From NCBI RefSeq assembly GCF_018977255.1, contig NW_024704742.1, forward strand, positions 37,758,001 to 37,822,000: a stretch of DNA of 64,000 nt, read 5' to 3'. The translations under genes and the position numbers were made by a program. The stretch comes from Callorhinchus milii. Its lineage: Eukaryota. Below, piece by piece: positions 1-13,462 of this stretch. The notes beneath the pieces were generated by a model. It saw only the letters and a program-made list of their open reading frames with translations. It ran no database searches and was not told the DNA's origin. The first letter of the stretch is position 1; each line of letters starts with the position of its first letter.

Positions 1-3000
1 CCACACTCACACTCACTGATACACACTCACACTCACTGATACACAAACACCACACTCACACACCACACTCACACTCACTGATACACACTCACACACCACA
101 CTCACACACTCACTGATACACACTCACACACCACACTCACACACTGATACACACCACACTCACACACACTCACTGATACACACTCACACACCACACTCAC
201 ACACTCACTGATACACACTCACACACCACACACACACACTCACTGATACACACTCACACACTCACACACACTCACTGATACACACTCACACACCACACTC
301 ACACACACTCACTGATACACACTCACACACCACACTCACACACACTCACTGATACACACTCACACACCACACTCACACACTGATACACACTCACACACTG
401 ATACACACTCACACCACACTCACACACACTCACTGATACACACTCACACACCACACTCACTGATACACACTCACTGATACACACTCACACACCACACTCA
501 CACACACTCACTGATACGCACTCACACACCACACTCACACACTGATACACACTCACACACTGATAAACACTCACACACCACACACTCACACACCACACTC
601 ACACCCACTCACACACCACACACACACACCACACTCACACACACACTGATACACACTCACACACCACACTCACACACTGATACACACTCACACACACACT
701 CACACACACTGATACACACACTCACACCACACTCACACACTGATACACACTCAAACGCTGATAGACACCACACTCACACACACTGATACACACCACTCAC
801 TCACACACCACATACTGATACACACACTCACACACTGATACACACACACACACTGATACACCCTCACACACTGATATACACACACACTGATACACACTCA
901 CACACTGATACACACACACACACTGATACACACACACTGATACACACTCACACACTGATATACACACACACTGATACACACTCACACACCGATACACACC
1001 ACACACTCGCACACCACGCAGTGATACACACCACACCCTGATACATACACTCACATTGATACACACTCACACCACACACTGATACACACTCACACCACAC
1101 CGATACACACTCACACCACACACTGATACACACTCACACCACACCGATACACACTCACACCAAACACTGATACACTCACACCACACCGATACACACTCAC
1201 ACCACACACTGATACACTCACACCACACCGATACACACTCACACCAAACACTGATACACTCACACCACACCGATACACACTCACACCACACACTGATACA
1301 CTCACACCACACCGATACACACTCACACCAAACACTGATACACTCACACCACACCGATACACACTCACACCACACACTGATACACACTCACACCACACCG
1401 ATACACACTCACACCAAACACTGATACACTCACACCACACCGATACACACTCACAACACACACTGATACACTCACACCACACCGATACACACTCACAACA
1501 CACACACTCACACACCACACTCACACTCACTGATACACACTCACACACCACATTCACACACACTCACACACCACACTCACACTCACTGATTCACACTCAC
1601 ACACACTGATACACACCACACTCACACACACTCACTGATACACACTCCCACACACTCACACACATTGATACACACTCACACACCACACTGACACACACTC
1701 ACTCACACTCACTGATACACACTCACACACACACTCACACTCATTGATACACACTCACACACCACACTCACACTCACTGATACACACTCACACACCACAC
1801 TCACACTCACTGATACACACTCACACTCACACACCACACTCACACACTCACTGATTCACACTCACACACCACACTCACACACTCACTGATGCACACTCAC
1901 ACACCACACTCACACTCACTGATACACACTCACACACACTGATACACACCACACTCACACACACTCACTGATACACACTCACACACCACACTCACACACA
2001 CTCACACACCACACTCACACACACTCACTGATACACACTCACACACCACACTCACACACACTCACTGATACACACTCACACACCACACTCACACACTGAT
2101 ACACACCACACTCACACACACTCACTGATACACACTCACACACCACACTCACACTCACTGATACACACTCACACACCACACTCACTGATACACACTCACA
2201 CACCACACTCACACACACTCACTGATACACACTCACACACCACACTCACACACTCACTGATACACACTCACACACACTCACACAAACTGATACACACCAC
2301 ACTCACACACACTCACTGACACACACTCACACACCACACTCACACACACTCACTGATACACACACACCACACTCACACACTCACTGATACAAACTCACAC
2401 ACCACACTCACACTCACTGATACACACTCACACACCACACTCACACACTGATACACACTCACACACCACACTCACACACTCACTGATACACACTCACACA
2501 CCACACTCACTGATACACACTCACACACACTGATACACACCACACTCACACACACTCACTGATACACACTCACACACCACACTCACACACACTCACTGAT
2601 ACACACTCACACACCACACTCACACACACTCACTGATACACACTCACACACCACACTCACACACACTCACACACCACACTCACTGATACACACTCACACA
2701 CCACACACACACACTCACACACCACACTCACACTCACTGATACACACTCACACACCACACTCACTGATACACACTCACACACCACACACACACTCACTGA
2801 TACACACTCACACACCACACTCACACACTGATACACACTCACACACACTCACACACCACACTCACTGATACACACTCACACACTCACTGATACACACTCA
2901 CACACACTCACTGATACACACTCACACACCACACTCACACACTCACTGATACAAACTCACACACCACACTCACACTCACTGATACACACTCACACACCAC

Positions 3001-5500
3001 ACTCACACTCACTGATACACACTCACACACCACACACACACACTCACACACCACACTCACACTCACTGATACACACTCACACACCACACTCACACACCAC
3101 ACACACACACTCACACACCACACTCACACACTGATACACACTCACACACCACACTCACTGATACACACTCACTGATACACACTCACACACCACACTCAGT
3201 GATACACACTCACACACCACACTCACACACACACACTGATACACACTCACACACTGATACACACTCACACACCACACTCACACACCACACTCACACACAC
3301 TCACTGATACACACTCACATACCACACTCACACACACACACTGATACACACTCACACACTGATACACACTCACACACTGATACACACTCACACACTGATA
3401 CACACTCACACACACTCACACACCACACTCACACACACACACACCACACTCACACACACTCACTGATACACACTCACACACCACACTCACTGATACACAC
3501 TCACTGATACACACTCACACACACTCACTGATACACACTCACACACCACACTCACACACATTCACTGATCCACACTCACACACCACACCCACACACTGAT
3601 ACACACTCACACACTGATACACACTCACACACCACACTCACACACACTCACACACCACACTCACACACACTCACACACCACACACACACACTCACACACC
3701 ACACTCACACAAACTCACTGATACACACTCACACACCACACTCACACACACTCACTGATACACACTCACACACTGATACACACTCACACACCACACTCAC
3801 ACACACTCACACACCACACTCACACACACTCACACACCACACACACACACTCACACACCACACTCACACAAACTCACTGATACACACTCACACACTGATA
3901 CACACACACACTAATACACACTCACACACTGATACACACTCACACACCACACACTGATACACACACTCACACACTGATACACACTCACACTCTACACACT
4001 GATACACACCACACACTGATACACACACACACCACACACTGATACACACACTCACACACCACACATTGATACACACACTGATACAAACACTCACACACCA
4101 TACACTGATATACACCACACACTGATACACACACTCACATTGATACACACTCACACCACACACTGATATACACCACACACCACACACTGATACACACACT
4201 GATACAAACACTCACACACTACACACTGATACACACCACACACTGATACACACACTGATACAAACACTCACACACTACACACTGATACACACCACACACT
4301 GATACACACACACCACACACTGATACACACACTCACACACCACACACTGGTACACACACTGATACAAACACTCACACACCATACACTGATATACACCACA
4401 CACTGATACACACACTCACATTGATACACACTCACACCACACACTGATATACACCACACAGTGTTACATACCCACACACTGATACACACCCACACACTGA
4501 TACACACCCACACACTGATACACACTCACACACCACACACTCACACATTGATACACACCCACACACTGTTACACACCCACACACTGATACACACCCACAC
4601 ACTGATACACACTCACACACCACACACTGATACACACCCACACACACACCAAACAATGATACACACACCACACACTGATACACACACTCACACTGATACA
4701 CACTCACACCACACACTGATACACACACACCACACACTGATACACACACTCACACACCACACACTGGTACACACACTGATACAAACACTCACACACCATA
4801 CACTGATATACACCACACACTGATACACACACTCACATTGATACACACTCACACCACACACTGATATACACCACACACTGTTACATACCCACACACTGAT
4901 ACACACCCACACACTGATACACACCCACACACTGATACACTCACACATTGATACACACCCACACACTGTTACACACCCACACACTGATACACACCCACAC
5001 ACTGATACACACTCACACACCACACACTGATACACACCCACACACACACCAAACAATGATACACACACCACACACTGATACACACACACTGATACACACT
5101 CACACCACACATTGGTACACACTCACACTGATACACACTCATACTGATGCACACCACACACTCACACACCACACTGATACACACACACACTGATACACAC
5201 ACATACACATACACTGATACACACACTAATGCACACACACATACTCATACACACACATTCATAAAATCACACACAATCATACACACACACACACTGATAC
5301 AATCACACACGCCCATACACACACACTGATACACCCACTCATATACTAACACACTGATACAATAACAACAACTTGGATTTATATAGCGCCCTCCACGCTG
5401 GATGGCGTCTCAGAGCGCTTCACAGTAACATATGCACACACTGATACAATCACACACATTCATACACACACTCACACACACTGATACACTCACACACAGA
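1..5500. repeat. Degenerate CA-rich simple satellite (CACACT / CACACTGATA / CACACCA motifs)
   Basis: Almost G-free plus strand built from permutations of CACACT, CACACTGATA and CACAC. Contains internal duplicated blocks (e.g. around 4347 and 4764). Runs off the left edge. Confidence 0.97.
5360..5429 (-). mobile_element. Isolated 3' tail of an L2 LINE / L2-tailed SINE
   Basis: Near reverse complement of the L2 3' end at ~19873-19941 (GTGAAGCGCTCTGAGACGCC...GGGCGCTATATAAATCCAAGTTGTTG). Confidence 0.8.
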
Positions 5501-6208
5501 ACCAATTTAAATTGTTGACATAGACATGACAAATCTATGCTTCTCTTTTTTCAGTAAAATACATTTTTCAAGTGAAATTCTTCATCAGTGATTGAAATGC
5601 CACATGAAGTTTCATGGTGAATAAAATAGTGATTGGTAAAATATTAATAACCTTGCCTTGACACTTGTTAGTGTTATCAACAAACAACAACACATTATGA
5701 AAATTGATCGTGGTGATTTCGCAAAATTCCTGACTCCTAATTTCAGTGATTTCAAGAAATCACTAAGTATTTTAGAGATTTTATGACGTTCCCGGGTGAA
5801 ATACTGTGGTAGGTTCATAATTTTATTGATAATTTCCTGGATTTTGTGAAATCCCTGGTTTCACAATTTTACCGTCACATGTACACCGACACACATTCAA
5901 CACACTGTTGGGAATACAGGAATGGTCTGCAGTAAAACTAACCACTCTGTATTAGCCAGGGGTTGGCCAGCAATGGACCTAATCATTCTTAGTCTGTCAT
6001 TAAGGTGCAACAGTAGTGGAACTGATCACTTTATATTAGCCAATGTATGGAGTTGGAAATCTGAGATTAGAGGAAGAGTAACTATTTATTATTTCATTCA
6101 CTATCACAAGTATCAATACTTCAGCTTTAGGAATAAAACAATGTAAAGCAATTACCATGCTTATGGAAACAACTATTCCTGAATATTTGATTAATATTTC
6201 AGCTTTAG

Positions 6209-6638
6209 GATTTTCTCAAGTATACAATTTAAGTAAATCCAACAGTCAATCATCCCTGGTCCATCAAGGGTGCCTTTTTAACACGTTCTCACAGACATCT
6301 CACAGACCAAGCTGTGCCCTGGGGCAGACTGGCTCAGTCACCCACACAACTGTAGCTGGTACCAAGGGCGGAGAGCCAGGACTGTGTTCAGCAGGAGCCA
6401 GATTGAAGTATTGGAGGAAGCATTTCGTCGGAATTGTTACCCAGGGATAGATGTTCATGAACAACTTGCTCACAAGTTGACTCTCGATGAAGACAGAATT
6501 CAGATCTGGTTCCAGAATCGTCGAGCAAAGCAGAAAAGATCTCACCATGAATCTCAGTTTCTGATTGTGAAAAACGCACTGATGTCCGGTTTAATTGTAC
6601 CCAAACAGGAGGAGAAACATGAACATCAAAGCATCTAA
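6209..6638 (+). pseudogene. HESX1: HESX1/Anf homeobox copy, intronless across the homeobox, frame disrupted upstream
   Basis: Reads [71 protein letters not shown], matching the HESX1 homeodomain and its SQFL tail. No introns at Q|IEVL or DRIQ|IWFQ. In-frame TAA at 6279-6281. Candidate acceptor ttag|ga at 6207-6209 lies in a different frame. Confidence 0.8.
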
Positions 6639-6649
6639 AACCGGATCAT

Positions 6650-6987
6650 GGGAGTCCTGTAGCTCAGTGGTTAGAGCACTCGCTTTGCAAGCGAGAGACC
6701 TGAGTTCAATTCCAGGCAGAGGGCGAAACCTTGGGCAAGTTTCCTTACTCCACACAGAGCCTAATAATAATCCCTCCAAAACCAAAAACAATAATAAAAA
6801 TTGGTCATTTTCAATCTACGACTGTTTGTGGGACATTGCTGTGCGCAATTGGCTGCCACGTTCGCCCACAAATATACAGTCAATTCACTTTACAGAGTGT
6901 TCTGTGAAGCGCTTTGGGACATCCTCCCGACGTGAAAAGCGCTATGTCAAATGCAAGGATTATTATTATTATTATTATTATTATTAT
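6650..6987 (+). mobile_element. Full-length tRNA-Ala(TGC)-derived SINE with L2-type 3' tail and (TTA)n end
   Basis: A-box TAGCTCAGTGG, anticodon arm CTCGC-TTTGCAA-GCGAG, B-box GTTCAATTCC. The 3' end resembles L2 tails in this window. Sister copies at 17838-18240, 19206-20132 and 55416-55737. Confidence 0.92.
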
Positions 6988-8199
6988 CTTTGACTAATGC
7001 TACTTTCTCACAGCGTCTTTTTATCAAGTTTCCACAAAAAACCTTGTTCAGTTATATTCTGTACACTATCAGCCCTGTCTTGCAGCAACAAGTTATATTT
7101 TACAACAATAAAAAGACTTCATTTCACAATAGCACACACACAGAGTGCAAATATAGACAAAGCATAGACGCAGAGCGCAACTGACAGTCACACACACACA
7201 CACATACAAAGTACAATTGACAGATACACACAGACACAGAGCACGACTGACACAGACGTAGAGCAAACATGCACCAGCAGTGAAGCAAATGTAACAAGGT
7301 GCTTGTATTTATTGAGCACCCTTGATGCAAGATAACATCTGTGAGATAGCCTCTTAACATGAAAGGTACTGTATAAATATAAATTATTGTTGTCGTGTAA
7401 CACCTGGAAATAAAAGTACAAGTACTCTTCGATCCCTTAATCACCTCCAGGCTTGACTACTCCAACTGCACCAGGGCAAACATGCTTACTGCACTGAACT
7501 TTCACCTTCACCTACATGATCTCAATTTCTGACACAGAGGCCAGAGCACTAAAACCTAAACACAACTGACAGTGGGGTCTAAGTTCTGAGTTATGATAAC
7601 TATGAGCAAAAACATGTGTGTAGCGAGAATCACAATTGCCTTTAATTGTATAGTTAATGAAAATGATTCCAGAATCACCAGTGAAGCTTTTCACGAATTA
7701 CGTAATTATCCATGGCACTGTGCAAAATAAAAATTATTTTTTGGGGGGTCATCCTTCCACCCCCACTGCCCTCCACCCCACTTGAGTCCAGCCCCCAGCC
7801 TGGGTGCAAACCCTTCACTGTCCAGCACCTTGGGATATCCTCCCAAAATGAAAGACGCTACATAAATGCGATTTGTTGTTGGTGGCGTTTCTCTTGGTTT
7901 TCCCGGCCAACAAGTCTCCAGATAAAATTAACCATTCACATCACAGCTGGTCGTGGAACAATGTTGAGCACCGATTAAGCGACCGCGGTTGTCTACCGAT
8001 ACGCAATCACTGCCCTTAATAAATACAATAAAGCGTTTCGAGAAGCCTCAACGAAAGACGGGAGGGAAATACCGGGCAAGAGAAAGAGGGTCCCCTTATT
8101 TATAATAATTATGGCCCGTCTTTCTCTCCCTCCCTGTCTTTTCCCTTCCCCTTTCTCTTTCTCTTTCTCGTCTCTCTCTCTCTCTCCTCCTCCTCCTCT

Positions 8200-8490
8200 T
8201 CCTCTCTGGCCACCTCTGGCCCAGCAGTGCCTGTAGTGACCTGCTGGAGGCGCCAGTGAGCATGTAGCTACACAGCAGTGTGCGGGGTGTCCTGGCAACG
8301 CATTGTTTAGGGGGCGGAGTGGGCAATGTGCGGGATTCCATGTCCCTCCTGTGGGCACAGCCTCTCACACACACACTCACACTCTCTCTCTCTCTCTCTC
8401 TCTCTCTGTGATCAGGAGCATTGCAGAGCTGCACCTGACACACACCCCCTCTCTCCCCCTCTCCCCCTCTCTCTCTCTCTCTCTCTCTGC
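8200..8490 (+). promoter_or_regulatory. Putative FAM47E-like proximal promoter region
   Basis: GC box GGGGCGGAG at ~8311-8319, CTCF-like CCTGCTGGAGGCGC at ~8241-8254 and CT microsatellites, 220-500 bp upstream of the ATG. Positional inference only. Confidence 0.3.
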
Positions 8491-8710
8491 AAAACACTCC
8501 TTACACACAGAGCACCACGAACAGTCTCTACCTTTAAGATCCAGACTCCCAGCTTCAGTCTCCAGTGTGCAAACCCCCACTCCCCACCACCCCCCCAACC
8601 CGGGGGTTTCATCGCATCGTATCAGTTTGCATCAACACTGTGTGGTACCCACGTTCGCAGGGGTTGGGTGGGCAGCGGTGCTCACCAGGGCTTGTGCAAG
8701 GCTTGTGCAA

Positions 8711-8787
8711 ATGGCCCATAAATGTAAAATTGATCTCGTTTGGCAATCGGAGCCAAGAAAACCAAAGGAAATACTTCCTCAGCCCTG
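8711..8787 (+). CDS. FAM47E: FAM47E-like exon 1
   Basis: ATG..MAHKCKIDLVWQSEPRKPKEILPQP(W), donor tg|gtgagt; phase 2 joins exon 2 to give PWYKERL. Confidence 0.75.
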
Positions 8788-9147
8788 GTGAGTAAGCCTC
8801 TGGACGAGCACCAGCTACTGTGGCTGCTGCTCCAGTTGCTTTTCATCTGTTTGATGTTCACATATCAGCACAGGGTCTATTATACCTTGATATTTGATGT
8901 TTGAGTTTATATTATATAATATTATGCCTTGGGACGTCCTCCTGACGTGCAAGGTGCTGAACAAATGTAATGTGTTGTTCTACCAGAATCTCTATTCCTC
9001 ATATTTATATGTTCACCGAATACAAATATGTGGATAATTTGACTATTCCTAACCTTGCTCTTGGTACGCTTAACATCAGCGCGGTGTAATGATATTTAGC
9101 ACGTCCCCCTGGCTGCAAAATGAATGGAAATTTATTTTAATTTGCAG

Positions 9148-9517
9148 GTACAAAGAGAGATTGAAAACAAAGTATCTGAAAGACCGAAAACAAATAATTT
9201 TCTCTGATTCTCTCAATGGACGTCGATGGCGTTTCTTCAAGCCTGGGCTGGATGACTGTCGTGATGGGTATCCATCTTTAGAGGATCAGGGTCTAACAAA
9301 AAGTCAAAAAGGTCTCAGTCCTGTGCTTTATAATGTACCACAAGTGTTCAAGCCTAGTCGGCGAGAGTCACAAAAGTTAACCAAAGAACAAATATGTTAT
9401 TCAAAGATTCCCCCATTGCAACACACAAAAAGATTGCAGATAGAAGAGATTGAATATTTTTTGACTCAGCATCCATTAGCTCTTTATCAACATCTGGAAG
9501 AAGGAATACCTCCTGAG
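9148..9517 (+). CDS. FAM47E: FAM47E-like exon 2
   Basis: ttgcag| ... |gtaagt; encodes GLDDCRDGYP and HPLALYQHLEEGIPPE, which are FAM47 family motifs. Confidence 0.93.
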
Positions 9518-10429
9518 GTAAGTGATACCTTGAGAAAATATTCACGTTTTAACAGTTTCTCTTTAAAAAAAATCATATATTTATGTGTAGAAAATAAACT
9601 TTGAATAAACTCTTAAAAAGGGATGGGAGTTACTCCCTGTATCTTGGCCAACAATCCTTGACTAAAATTGTTCATTCACTTCATGGCTGTTTGCAGAACA
9701 TTTTTGTATGCAAATTGGCTGCTGTGTCCGCGTACAGAATATACAGTCACTACATTTTGCAGTAAATCCTGTGAAGTGGTTTATGACGGCTGATATGAAG
9801 CCTACTAGATCAAATGTAGGGATTATTAATTTGTAATAGATCCAAATGTTGAAATGTGGGCTCAGACAGGACTAAAATTTGAACAGATAGTTGGACAGAA
9901 TATCAATAGTCATGGAGGTCATCAGTATATGTTAAGAATTTAACTTCATGCAAACCATGATCTAGTCTGATCTTCTACACAATGCTCATAATTTTGGGAT
10001 GAAATGTGCATCATTCAATATTATTTCTGCTTCTAGAAATGCAGGCCCCTGCCCCACCCCCTTCCACACCACACAAAAGTTTGGCCCATTGAACATGTTG
10101 GCCTGCAATTTTCAGGGCTGGTTTGCAGAATACTGACTGACGAACTCAACTTTTAATATAGTTTGGGACATGACATGTGCGTGCGACTGCAAAGTTGAAG
10201 GAAGGCGAACTTGATGGACCTTGGTTATCTTTTGTATAGCAATTCTTATGTTCTTATGATGTGAAGCACTTTGAGATGTCTCGAAGATGTGGTAAAGCGC
10301 TATATCAAATGCAAGGAGTATTATTAGTGCACAGAGTGGAAATTTAATAATATGGTAACATCGTCAGAGTTAGTCATCACATTGAATGTTACATTTTTCA
10401 CTCCTATATTTCAAAATGCTCGCATTTAC

Positions 10430-10747
10430 CTACAAATCACTTGATGCACCTCCCTACCTCTCCAACCTGCCCGCACCCCACTCCTCTACTCATCTCCTTC
10501 GCAAAGTTGGCTTGGGTCTTCTGCTCATCCTTTGGCCTCTCTGCTCCACTATTGGTGGCTGAACCTCTAAAACTCTCTGCCTCAACTCCTCCACCTTGCC
10601 TTTTTTTTCCCCATCTTCAGGTCACACCTGAAGACTTTCTTCTTTGATGTTGCCTATGGTCACCTCCCCTTTCTCCCCAGCTTGGAGTCAAACAATGCCA
10701 TTATTCAGGCCTCCAAGATGCCACTTGTGTAAAGGGCACTATATAAA
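10430..10747 (+). mobile_element. Decayed L2 3' fragment whose tail is interrupted by a CR1 insertion
   Basis: Resembles the L2 3' ends at 19600-19941. Tail GGCACTATATAAA breaks at 10747 and resumes as ATATAAATGCAAG near 12514-12526. Confidence 0.6.
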
Positions 10748-12486
10748 CATAAGAACATAAGAAATAAGAGCAGGAGTAGGCCATTCGGCCCCTCAATCCT
10801 GCTCTGACATTTAATAAGATAATGACTGATCTTCTAACCTAATTCCATTTTCCTGCCCTATCCCCATATCACTTAATCCCTTTAGTTTTTAAACATCTAT
10901 CAATCTCAGTCTTGAATATGTTCAAGAGAATTCCATAAATTCACTACCCTCTGAGTGAAGAAATGTTTTCTCAACTCGGTTCTAAAGGGCTGACCTTTAA
11001 TCCTGAGACTATGATCCCTATTTTTAGATTCTCCAACCAGGGGAAAAAGTCTCACACTGTCAAGACCCTTAAGAATCTTATAGGTTTCTATAAGATCATG
11101 TTTAATACTTCTATATTCTAGAGAATATAAGCCTAGTTTACTCAACCTCTCCTCGTAGGTCAACCCCCTCACCCCAGGAAACAACCTAGTGAACCTACAT
11201 TGCACCCCCTCTAAGGCGAGTATATCCTTTCTCAGATAAGGAGATCAAAACTGCACACAATATTCCAGGTGCAGTCTCACCAAGGCCTTCTACAATTGCA
11301 GTAAGACTTCCCTACTCTTGTACTCTAACCCCTTTGCAATAAACACTAACATGCTATTAGCCTTCCTAGTTGCTTGCTGTCCTGCATACTAACTTTCTGT
11401 GATTGGTGTACAAGTACACCTGAATCCCTCTGAATACTAACACTATCTAGTCTTTTCCCCCTCTAGAAAATAATCTGCTTTTCTATTTTTTCTACCTAGG
11501 TGAATAACTTCCCACTCCCAAATTATACTCCATCTGCCACCATCTTGCCCACTCACTTAACCTGTCTATATCCCTTTGCATCCTCCTTGTGTCCTTCTCA
11601 CAGCTTACTTTCCCATCTAGCTTGTATCGTCCGTGAATTTAGATACATTAAGCTCTATTTCCTTATATAAGTCATTGATGTAGACTGTAAACAGTTGAAG
11701 CCCAAGCACTGATCCTTCCGGCACTCCACTAGTCACAATCTGCCAATCTGAGAAGGACCAGTTTATCCCTACTCTCTGTTTTCTGCCTGTTAACCACTCT
11801 TCGATCCATGGTAATATATTACCATTAATTCCATGAGCCCTAATCTTATGTAAAAACCTTTTATGTGGCACTTTGTTAAATGCCTTCTGAAAATCCAAGT
11901 ACACTCTATCCACTGGTTTTCCCCCATATCTAATCTGCTAGTTACATATTCAAAAAACTCTAAAAGATTTGTTAAGCACGATTTCTCTTTCATAAAACCG
12001 TGTTGACTCTGCCTAATCATATTATCATACTAAGTGCCCCACAATGACATCCCTAATTATAGACTCTAGAATTTTCCCTACCACCGATGTCAGGTTAATT
12101 GGTCTATAGTTCCCCATTTTTTCTTTCCCACCCTTCTTAAATAGCAGCATTAACTTTGTGACCTTCCAATCAATGGGAACCGTCTCAGAATCCAGTGAAT
12201 TTTGGAAGATCAAAAACAATGCATCCACTACTTCTGCAGCCACCTCTTTTAAAACGCTAAGATGCAGGCCATCAGGTCCAGAGGATGTATCATTTTTTTT
12301 GTCCCATCAATTTATCTAGTACTATTACTTTACTGATATTAATTTGTTTAAGTTTAAGTTGTTTAAGTTCCTCACTAACATTAGTCTCTTGGTTCCCAAC
12401 TATTTTTGGTAAGTTTTTAGTATCTTCTAACGTGAAGACAGAAGCAAAGTATTTGCTTCTGTCTTCACGTTGGAAGATACTAAAAA
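10748..12486 (-). mobile_element. 5'-truncated CR1 LINE (degenerate ORF2 reverse transcriptase and 3' tail)
   Basis: Minus-strand peptides NYRPINLTSVVGKILE, QHGFMKEKSCLTNLLEFFE, YLDFQKAFNKVPH, SGVPEGSVLG; short tandem tail (TTCTTATG) at the left end. Confidence 0.93.
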
Positions 12487-13283
12487 TGCATATATAACTG
12501 CACATATATGCATATATAAATGCAAGTTCTTATTCTTGTCTGACCTGTCACAACAATAGATTTAGATTATTTCATGGGCAGAGAGTGGAACAAAGGGATT
12601 TTAACAGTTGGGAAAAATTGAAAGAGCTTGCCCCCAAGCAAAGCAGAGAGAACGGAAAACCAATGAAAATAATGTTAGAAATGGCAATGAGACCAAGTAA
12701 TGTTTGAAAGGAGGCATGTGAAGAGCACAGATCAGATAGTGAACCCATCACTAGAAAAATAGCAAACCTTTATTTTAGAAAGATAATGGTCATATAAAAC
12801 AAATAGAAAGGAAACTCAGTTGATGAAAGACAATGGGAAAATAAAATAGAGGTGGAAAACCAGCTTAGAATCTTAAGATTCTTACAGACCAAAGACAACC
12901 TTTGCAAAACAAATACAACGTAGTGTAGATTAGGCATGCACTACTAAAGCTGGGCTACGTAAAGCCTTAATGACAATAATAATAAGAAAATAATAATTAT
13001 TGTATTTGGCATGGAGACTTTCCCTTCAGGAGATGTCTTTAATCAATATCAGGATTACAGATTTACTGTAAAGTGCAGTATTTTGTAGGCGAATGCTCAT
13101 TACTTTTGGGAATGAGTGTAACCTCACTAAAAAAAAGCATTCTACGGTTTTGGATTTACTAAAGATGACGAAGACATTGACTTCAGCATTGGCTCAGGTG
13201 ACTAAGGATAAATAACCATAAGAATGTGAGTTTTTTTTTCCAATGTGTGCTTTCTAATGAGTCATAATAATGTTCAAACACAG

Positions 13284-13462
13284 CTTTTTGAAGATATTGT
13301 TGGTATCCTGGATCCCGAAATGCTCCAGTATGGAGAAGATATAATGTCTGAGAAATCTGATGGCATGTATAAAGTTCAAGAACACAATTTAGAAAACATC
13401 TTAAACTTAATGGACGATGATACCACCGTGAACACGGAGAGCAAATTAAGGCAAATGGCATT
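13284..13462 (+). CDS. FAM47E: FAM47E-like exon 3
   Basis: cacag|LFEDIVGILDPE...|gtaagt; phases compatible with both neighbours. Confidence 0.88.

Noticed and set aside
797-5329. Cys/Val-rich and His/Thr-rich ORFs
   Set aside because: Translations of the CA/TG satellite.
6650-6722. tRNA-Ala(TGC) gene
   Set aside because: The acceptor stem does not pair well and the sequence continues into a SINE body and tail found in several copies.
8508-8528. REST/RE1-like site AGCACCACGAACAG
   Set aside because: Mismatches in the GGACAG core and both flanks.
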